Below the pieces are notes generated by a model. The model searched no databases. It was not told the DNA's origin and worked only from the letters and a program-made list of their open reading frames with translations. A program made the translations under genes and the position numbers. From the IMG/VR virus record IMGVR_UViG_3300029947_000227: 20,000 nt of DNA; one strand, given 5' to 3'. Of this stretch, positions 15,029 to 20,000 are shown piece by piece (within the stretch, counting starts at the first letter, position 1; each line of letters opens with the position of its first letter). Origin of the DNA: an uncultured virus (IMG/VR IMGVR_UViG_3300029947_000227). Taxonomy: Duplodnaviria > Heunggongvirae > Uroviricota > Caudoviricetes.

Positions 15029-16324
15029 ATGAGCGACATTACGTTTCCACCCGAACTCGACGCGCCCGGCCACGTCTTCCTCACCGGCAGTGCCGGCACC
15101 GGCAAAACGACCCTCATCCGCCAATGGGTCGAAGCGCGCCGCCGCACCCTCGACATCGCGATCGTGGCGCCGACCGGCGTGGCCGCCCTCAACCTCGGCG
15201 GCCAAACCATCCACCGGTTCCTCAACCTGCATGGCCGGAGCCCCGCCCGCATGGAGGCGCGGCACGCGCACGGGGAGCGATACCGGCGGCTTGATGCGAT
15301 CGTACTGGACGAAGTGTCCATGTGCCGGTCCGACCTCATGGACGCCGTCGACATCGCGCTGCGCGCGGACCGGCACGACAGTCGCCCGTTCGGCGGGGTT
15401 CGCATGATCATGGTCGGCGACCTCCTGCAACTGCCACCCGTCGTAACCGGCGAGGACCGGACCCTGTTCACCCCCCCGGACGGCCTGCCCGGCCCCTGGT
15501 TCTTCCAATCGAACGTGATCCGCCGCATCCTCGCCAAGGGCCAGCTGTCCATGATCGAACTAACACAGGTCAGACGGCAGAACGACCCCCTGTTCATCAA
15601 AACCCTCAACTACATTCGCGGCGGCCACCCCGGGGTGAAAACCCTGGACGTCATCAACCGGAGGGCCGGCCTGGCCGCCGACCCGCGGGCCATCATCCTG
15701 ACGGCCGACAACCGGAAAGCCGACCGGCTTAACAGCCGGCGTCTCGACATGCTGCCCGGCCCGCGCCGCACCTGGCGCGCACGCACCGTCGGCCGGTGGG
15801 ACGGGCGGGTGAAACCCACGTCGGAAACCCTCACCCTCACGGTCGGGGCGCGCGTCATGGCGACCTGCAACGACCCGGACGGACAGTACGTGAACGGCTC
15901 CACCGGCACCGTCACCCAAATCGACGGCCTGCCCTGGGTCAGGTTCGACGACGGGCCCACCATCCCGGTGGGTCGACACCGTTGGAGCATATACGAGAAC
16001 ACGATCCGACGGGAACGGGTCGAACGCGTGGAAACCGGCCGATACGAGCAGATCCCGTTGAAACTCGGCTGGGCGGTCACCATCCACAAATCCCAGGGCA
16101 TGACGTTCGACCGTGTGGCGGTCGACTGGGGGGAGCGCCCCCTGTTCGCCCCCGGCCAGGCGTACGTGGCATTGTCACGCGCCCGCACGCTCGACGGACT
16201 GACCATGAGCCGTCCCCTCACCCCCCGGGACGTGACCGCCAGCCAAACCGCCGTCAGATTCATCCGCTCCATGAGGACGCATAACAGCAGGCATGCAGCA
16301 GACATTCCACATGACCTGGGGTGA
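15029..16324 (+). CDS. PIF1/RecD-like SF1B DNA helicase
   Basis: TGSAGTGKT, APTGVAALNLGGQTIH, LDEVSM, PFGG...GDLLQLPPV, RRQNDP, QIPLKLGWAVTIHKSQG, GQAYVALSRAR. Start placed at 15029 (10 nt after GACGCAT box); 15017 lies inside the box. Confidence 0.92.
   Translation: MSDITFPPELDAPGHVFLTGSAGTGKTTLIRQWVEARRRTLDIAIVAPTGVAALNLGGQTIHRFLNLHGRSPARMEARHAHGERYRRLDAIVLDEVSMCRSDLMDAVDIALRADRHDSRPFGGVRMIMVGDLLQLPPVVTGEDRTLFTPPDGLPGPWFFQSNVIRRILAKGQLSMIELTQVRRQNDPLFIKTLNYIRGGHPGVKTLDVINRRAGLAADPRAIILTADNRKADRLNSRRLDMLPGPRRTWRARTVGRWDGRVKPTSETLTLTVGARVMATCNDPDGQYVNGSTGTVTQIDGLPWVRFDDGPTIPVGRHRWSIYENTIRRERVERVETGRYEQIPLKLGWAVTIHKSQGMTFDRVAVDWGERPLFAPGQAYVALSRARTLDGLTMSRPLTPRDVTASQTAVRFIRSMRTHNSRHAADIPHDLG
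16276..16282 (+). promoter_or_regulatory. GACGCAT box
   Basis: 10 nt before FGase ATG 16293, embedded in the 3' end of the helicase gene. Confidence 0.7.
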
Positions 16325-17033
16325 CGGCCCCGTCATTGTTTCCATACCGCACGCCGGATGCGCCAACCCCGCCCCATACGCCAACCCGGAGGACATAGGC
16401 CGCATCGCCGACGTCGGCGCGGACATGATCGGCGGCCGCATCGCCCGCACGCTCGACGCGACCGTGATAGCCAGCGACGTGACCCGCCTGTGGTGCGACG
16501 TGGAACGCTGGCCCGACGACCGGGAGGAAATGAACCGGGTCGGCATGGGCGTCGTCTACACGCGCAACGCGGACATGCAGCCCCTCTACCCGGAGGGCGG
16601 GGAGCCCGACGAACGGGAAATCGGCCGCCGTATGGCCGCCCTCTACCAGCCGTACCACAAGACCCTCACCATGGCCGCCCGGCTGAAACTCGACACGTTC
16701 CGCAACCCCGTCCTCCTGGACGTGCACACCTACTGTCGAACCCCCCTCCCGTATGAGCTGCACGCCAACGAACCCCGTCCGACCGTGATCATCGGCCACA
16801 ACGGGGACACGGCCGGGCTACGACTCGCAACCCTAATCGCCGGAACACTCAACAAAAACGGCATCGACTTCGCCGTCAACACCGTGTTCAAAGGCGCGAT
16901 CACCCCCAACCGGGTCACCGACCCGAGACTCGCGTGCGTCATGGTCGAAACACGCCGCGACAAGGCGCTCGCACCCGCGCACACGATCATCGCCGACGCC
17001 GTCGCCGACGCCATCCGGGAATACACGGCGTGA
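16293..17033 (+). CDS. N-formylglutamate amidohydrolase family protein, 246 aa
   Basis: VSIPHAG, RLWCDVER, GMGVVYTR, YQPYH, LLDVHT, VNTVFKG, MVETRRD match the FGase (Zn-carboxypeptidase-like) pattern. Confidence 0.85.
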   Translation: MQQTFHMTWGDGPVIVSIPHAGCANPAPYANPEDIGRIADVGADMIGGRIARTLDATVIASDVTRLWCDVERWPDDREEMNRVGMGVVYTRNADMQPLYPEGGEPDEREIGRRMAALYQPYHKTLTMAARLKLDTFRNPVLLDVHTYCRTPLPYELHANEPRPTVIIGHNGDTAGLRLATLIAGTLNKNGIDFAVNTVFKGAITPNRVTDPRLACVMVETRRDKALAPAHTIIADAVADAIREYTA

Positions 17034-18385
17034 GCATCCTCCACCCCTATCAGGAAAACGCCGTCCGATTCGCCCTCAACCACCCGTACTGCGGCCTGTT
17101 CCTGGACATGGGACTGGGCAAGACCCTCAGCTCCGTCGCCGTCATGGACATTCTCAAACGTCGCGGACAAAAACACAAGTGGCTGGTCGTCGCCCCCAAA
17201 CGCATCGCCGAACAATCCTGGCCCGACGACCTGAACAAATGGTCGCGACACCACACCCTCACCTGGCGGGTCATGCCCCCCGGCCCCAAGGGCCGCGCCG
17301 ACTACATGACAGGCGACCTGCCCGACGTGACCCTCATGGGCAACTCCACCACCGTGCTCAACTGGCTCGACGACCACGTCCGCGACTGGCCGTGGGACGG
17401 TCTGATCATCGACGAACTGTCCGCGTTCCGCAACCCGAACGCCACCCGCTTCCGCATCCTCAAACGCCGACGCCGCACCATGCGACGCGTCATCGGCCTG
17501 ACCGGCACGCCCGTACCCAAAAGCCTCGACAACCTGTGGGCCGAAATCTTCCTCCTCGACGAAGGGCGCGCACTCGGCACATCGGTCACGAAATACCGGC
17601 TCAAATGGTTCCACCCCGGGGCCCGCAACGGGCACGTCGTCTACAATTGGATCCCCAACCCGAACGCCTACGACGAGATCATGACGGCCATCAACCCGTT
17701 CTGCCTGACCATGCTCGCCAGGGACAAACTCCCCGGACTTCCCAGGGAAACCACCATCACCCACCGGCTCGCCATGCCCACGGCCACACGACGCGCATAC
17801 CAGCAGCTCAACCGCAGCATGACCACGGAAATCAACCCCCACACCATCACCGCCGTCAACGCGGGCGTCCTCACCGCGAAACTCAGCCAACTCGCCGCCG
17901 GATTCCTCTACCCGGACCCCGACGACCCGGACCGGACGACCATCGACTTCGACACCGTGAAACTCGACGCGCTCGCCGACATCGTCGAGGCCGCCCAAGG
18001 GGATCCGATTCTCGTGTTCTACCGGTTCAAGCACGAGTTGGAGCGTCTGCGAAGCAGGTTCGGCGCCCTGGTCCACACGATCGGCGAACGGGATGTGATC
18101 GGCAGGTGGAACGGGGGCGGCATTCCCGTGCTGGCGGTCAACCCGGCCGGTGCGGGCCATGGGTTGAACCTCCAGTATGGGGGTCACATCTGCGTGTGGT
18201 TGAGCATGCCGTGGGATTTGGAGTTGTGGATGCAGGCGAACGCGCGGCTTCACCGCCAGGGCCAGTCGCGTGTCGTCCAACGGCATGTGCTTGTCGAGGA
18301 GCATACCGTTGACGAGCGGATCCTGGACGTGTTGGAGCGTCGCGCCACTCTCCAGGAGTCGGTCATGCGTGCTCTCGGGGAATGA
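17030..18385 (+). CDS. Phage-type SNF2-family (SF2) helicase, 451 aa
   Basis: LHPYQ, LFLDMGLGKT, IIDELS, GLTGTP, DNLWAE, AGHGLNLQYGG, QANARLHRQGQ; GTG 17030 overlaps upstream stop (GTGA). Confidence 0.92.
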   Translation: MSILHPYQENAVRFALNHPYCGLFLDMGLGKTLSSVAVMDILKRRGQKHKWLVVAPKRIAEQSWPDDLNKWSRHHTLTWRVMPPGPKGRADYMTGDLPDVTLMGNSTTVLNWLDDHVRDWPWDGLIIDELSAFRNPNATRFRILKRRRRTMRRVIGLTGTPVPKSLDNLWAEIFLLDEGRALGTSVTKYRLKWFHPGARNGHVVYNWIPNPNAYDEIMTAINPFCLTMLARDKLPGLPRETTITHRLAMPTATRRAYQQLNRSMTTEINPHTITAVNAGVLTAKLSQLAAGFLYPDPDDPDRTTIDFDTVKLDALADIVEAAQGDPILVFYRFKHELERLRSRFGALVHTIGERDVIGRWNGGGIPVLAVNPAGAGHGLNLQYGGHICVWLSMPWDLELWMQANARLHRQGQSRVVQRHVLVEEHTVDERILDVLERRATLQESVMRALGE

Positions 18386-18770
18386 TCCCGGTTCCGTCGG
18401 CCAGCCAGGCGTGGCCGTCGTGCCAGCGGACGAACCGGGTTCGGAACTCGCCTTGGGGGGTTAGGTATGTGACGGTCGCCACGCCGGGTTCGCATTGGCG
18501 GGTCGCGACGATCATGAGGTGGGTTCCCTCGGATACGGCGCGTGTGGCCCGTGAGTGTTCGAGGTTGGCGAGGGCGGCCCATGTGGCGGCCGTCGCGAGC
18601 AGGATGGGGGTGGTTGCGGGGAGTCGGATGATGGTTGCCGTGAGGATGCCTGTCGTGAGGATCACGTCCGCGAGGGGTTGTCTGCCGGGGTGGCGCCACA
18701 GCCACCACAGGTCCCACAGGGAGGCGAGGGGGACGGGCCGGTAGTGGTATGTGGCGGGTTTTTTTCGCAT
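18363..18770 (-). CDS. Hypothetical membrane protein, 135 aa
   Basis: Central hydrophobic stretch; ATG 18770 lies 10 nt after a TACGCAT box variant. Confidence 0.65.
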   Translation of the reverse strand: MRKKPATYHYRPVPLASLWDLWWLWRHPGRQPLADVILTTGILTATIIRLPATTPILLATAATWAALANLEHSRATRAVSEGTHLMIVATRQCEPGVATVTYLTPQGEFRTRFVRWHDGHAWLADGTGIIPREHA

Positions 18771-18787
18771 AGTCGCGTGTATGCGTA
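18764..18787. promoter_or_regulatory. Interlocked divergent box variants TTCGCAT-N10-ATGCGTA
   Basis: Each gene's start codon is the complement of the CAT in the other gene's box. Confidence 0.6.
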
Positions 18788-19191
18788 AACCAGACTCAAA
18801 GGTGGCGGCTGGCCGGTGGGCGGCCGCGATTCTCCCTGACGGCATTCATGTGGGTCCTCTCGCCCCGGTTGGTGACGGGCTTGGCCTGGATGGTCGTGTC
18901 GTGTTTCATGTTGGACGACGTGTGGTCGTCGACCAGGGTGTGGGGGATTTTGTTCTCGCTCCCGAGAAGGTGGGTGTGGTTGGGGATCCGGCTTTGGTGG
19001 ATGGCGGGTGTGTGGTTGTCTGGCGGCGGTATGTGCGTCGCACTGACGTGAATCAGCTGCTTGCGGTGACGGCGAAACGCGCGAGTGTTGATTCGCGTGG
19101 CTATCTCAAGGTGTGGTTCGGGTTGCTTGTCGGTTCGGTGAGGTTCGAGCCGGGTGGGGACGACCTGTTTTTGTTCGCCTGGCGTTCTTAG
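18781..19191 (+). CDS. Hypothetical protein, 136 aa, Val/Gly-rich
   Basis: Fills the gap, ATG 18781 lies 10 nt after a TTCGCAT box variant, stop overlaps the convergent stop at 19188-19190. Confidence 0.55.
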   Translation: MRKPDSKVAAGRWAAAILPDGIHVGPLAPVGDGLGLDGRVVFHVGRRVVVDQGVGDFVLAPEKVGVVGDPALVDGGCVVVWRRYVRRTDVNQLLAVTAKRASVDSRGYLKVWFGLLVGSVRFEPGGDDLFLFAWRS

Positions 19192-19649
19192 GCTGGTAGT
19201 TCGCCTGCCGCGCCTGCCGCGCCTCCGGCGAGGTGGCCGAGGAGGTTTTTGTCGGGGTAGATGCGGACGGTGCGGTCGCGGGCTTTGAGTTCCACTCCGT
19301 CGGGTGTGCCGTGGCCGCCTGTTTCCGCGATTGTGGCGATGAAGGCGGGGTCGAGGGCGATGGGGAGGGGTTCGGTGACGGTGCGCTGTGCGGTGAGTTC
19401 GCCGTGGTCGTGGTTGCGGAGCCATGTGGCGTATTGTTCGGGGTCGGTGACCGTGTATTGGGTGGTGGCGGGGGAGATGGTTATGCGGCCGATTGTTTTT
19501 CCGAGTTGGATGACGCCGTCTTCGAGTGTGGGGGTGATGTCCTCCAGTTCGTGTTTGGCGGCTTGTTCGGCTGTTTTCGCGAGGGCTTTCCAGGCGGTGA
19601 TGCGGCGTAGTTTTTCGATGGTCGGCTGGTCGAGGTCGGTGTTGGTCAT
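19188..19649 (-). CDS. Phage-type protein, tentatively Mu Gam/Gp157-like, 153 aa
   Basis: RBS AAAGGAAA before ATG 19649; N-terminal helix, then VTDPEQYATW...GTPDGVEL pattern recalling Gam/Gp157-like proteins. The ORF is solid, the family call is weak. Confidence 0.55.
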   Translation of the reverse strand: MTNTDLDQPTIEKLRRITAWKALAKTAEQAAKHELEDITPTLEDGVIQLGKTIGRITISPATTQYTVTDPEQYATWLRNHDHGELTAQRTVTEPLPIALDPAFIATIAETGGHGTPDGVELKARDRTVRIYPDKNLLGHLAGGAAGAAGELPA

Positions 19650-19688
19650 GGTGTTTTCCTTTTTTTCTGGGTGGATGCTATGTGTGTC

Positions 19689-19695
19689 ATGCGTC
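19689..19695 (-). promoter_or_regulatory. GACGCAT box
   Basis: 39 nt upstream of ATG 19649, with an RBS-containing leader in between. Confidence 0.65.
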
Positions 19696-19698
19696 GGG

Positions 19699-19870
19699 TT
19701 TTGTGTGTTTTTTTGCCGGGTTTTTTGGGGTTTTTCGTGTATTTTTTTGGGGTTGTTTTGGCTTGTTTTCGTGTAATTGTTTTGTTTGTTTCTGGGCTTG
19801 TTCTGGGGTGGTTTCCGTGGTTTTCCCGTGTTTTTCGTTTTTTGTGGTTTGGGGGTGGTTTTCGTCGTTT
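19699..19870. other. Helically phased T-tract array (predicted intrinsically bent DNA)
   Basis: About 17 T-runs with mean spacing about 10.6 bp; sequence almost entirely G/T on +. Confidence 0.7.
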
Positions 19871-19886
19871 CGGGCGGTTCGGGGTT

Positions 19887-19922
19887 TGTGATGGAATCGT
19901 GAAGATGTGAAGGAATCGTGAA
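19887..19922 (+). repeat. Direct repeat TGTGA(T/A)GGAATCGTGAA x2
   Basis: 19887-19903 and 19906-19922, 17 bp with one mismatch, period 19. Confidence 0.8.
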
Positions 19923-20000
19923 AACGTTGATTCCGTTAACGATTCGAACGGATGTGCTAAAACCGTCGTTGAATCGACACTTCGACCCCATGGTGTTCAT

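Larger units (their letters stand above)
1..20000. mobile_element. Internal segment of a large actinobacterial conjugative element (megaplasmid or ICE); boundaries not in window
   Basis: Cluster of Gram-positive T4SS-like membrane genes, sortase-anchored adhesin, orphan C5 MTase, PIF1 and SNF2 helicases, no housekeeping genes. No integrase, relaxase or att site seen, so plasmid versus ICE is not resolved. Confidence 0.7.

Noticed and set aside
16934..17029. Upstream start of the SNF2 helicase
   Set aside because: Lies inside the FGase gene; GTG 17030 gives the usual LHPYQ start and a GTGA overlap.
5170..18371. Near-matches to the box (CACGCAT at about +5170, -5643, -18371)
   Set aside because: One mismatch, inside or antisense to genes, with no start at the expected distance; not counted.
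19650..20000. 117-aa K/N/Q/P-rich N-terminal extension of the last ORF, and F/V/G-rich + strand ORFs at 19671-19910
   Set aside because: They are translations of the phased T-tract DNA; a good RBS and box support the start at 19649.
1..20000. CRISPR array, tRNA/rRNA, IS element, prophage structural module
   Set aside because: No regularly spaced repeats, RNA gene signatures, transposase, terminase or capsid genes were seen.

Overview
High-GC (roughly 65-70%) actinobacterial, Bifidobacterium-like accessory DNA, most consistent with part of a large conjugative plasmid or ICE. No integrase, relaxase, VirB4 or rep gene lies inside the window. Left to right it carries: a small membrane protein and an orphan phage-type C5 DNA methyltransferase (+); a DUF2142 (GT-C-like) membrane protein and a 42-aa hydrophobic peptide (-); a structured non-coding island at 4400-4545; a translationally coupled transfer-like operon (-) of pilin-like, 2-TM, 1239-aa VirB6-like, hypothetical, small TM and membrane-anchored HNH nuclease genes; a divergent TcpC/VirB8-like gene (+); a 995-aa LAQTG sortase-anchored surface protein (-); a small protein, PIF1-like helicase, N-formylglutamate amidohydrolase-family protein and phage-type SNF2 helicase (+); two divergent small genes; a Gam/Gp157-like protein (-); and a non-coding end with helically phased T-tracts and tandem repeats. 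The strongest unexplained signal is a recurring GACGCAT(A/G) box, with a palindromic variant CTATG(CC/GG)CATAG, sitting 10-11 nt before start codons or RBS-bearing leaders of most transcription units. It suggests an element-specific single-box promoter system with leaderless mRNAs, and one copy appears to drive a candidate small RNA. All calls come from reading the sequence by eye; no searches were run.
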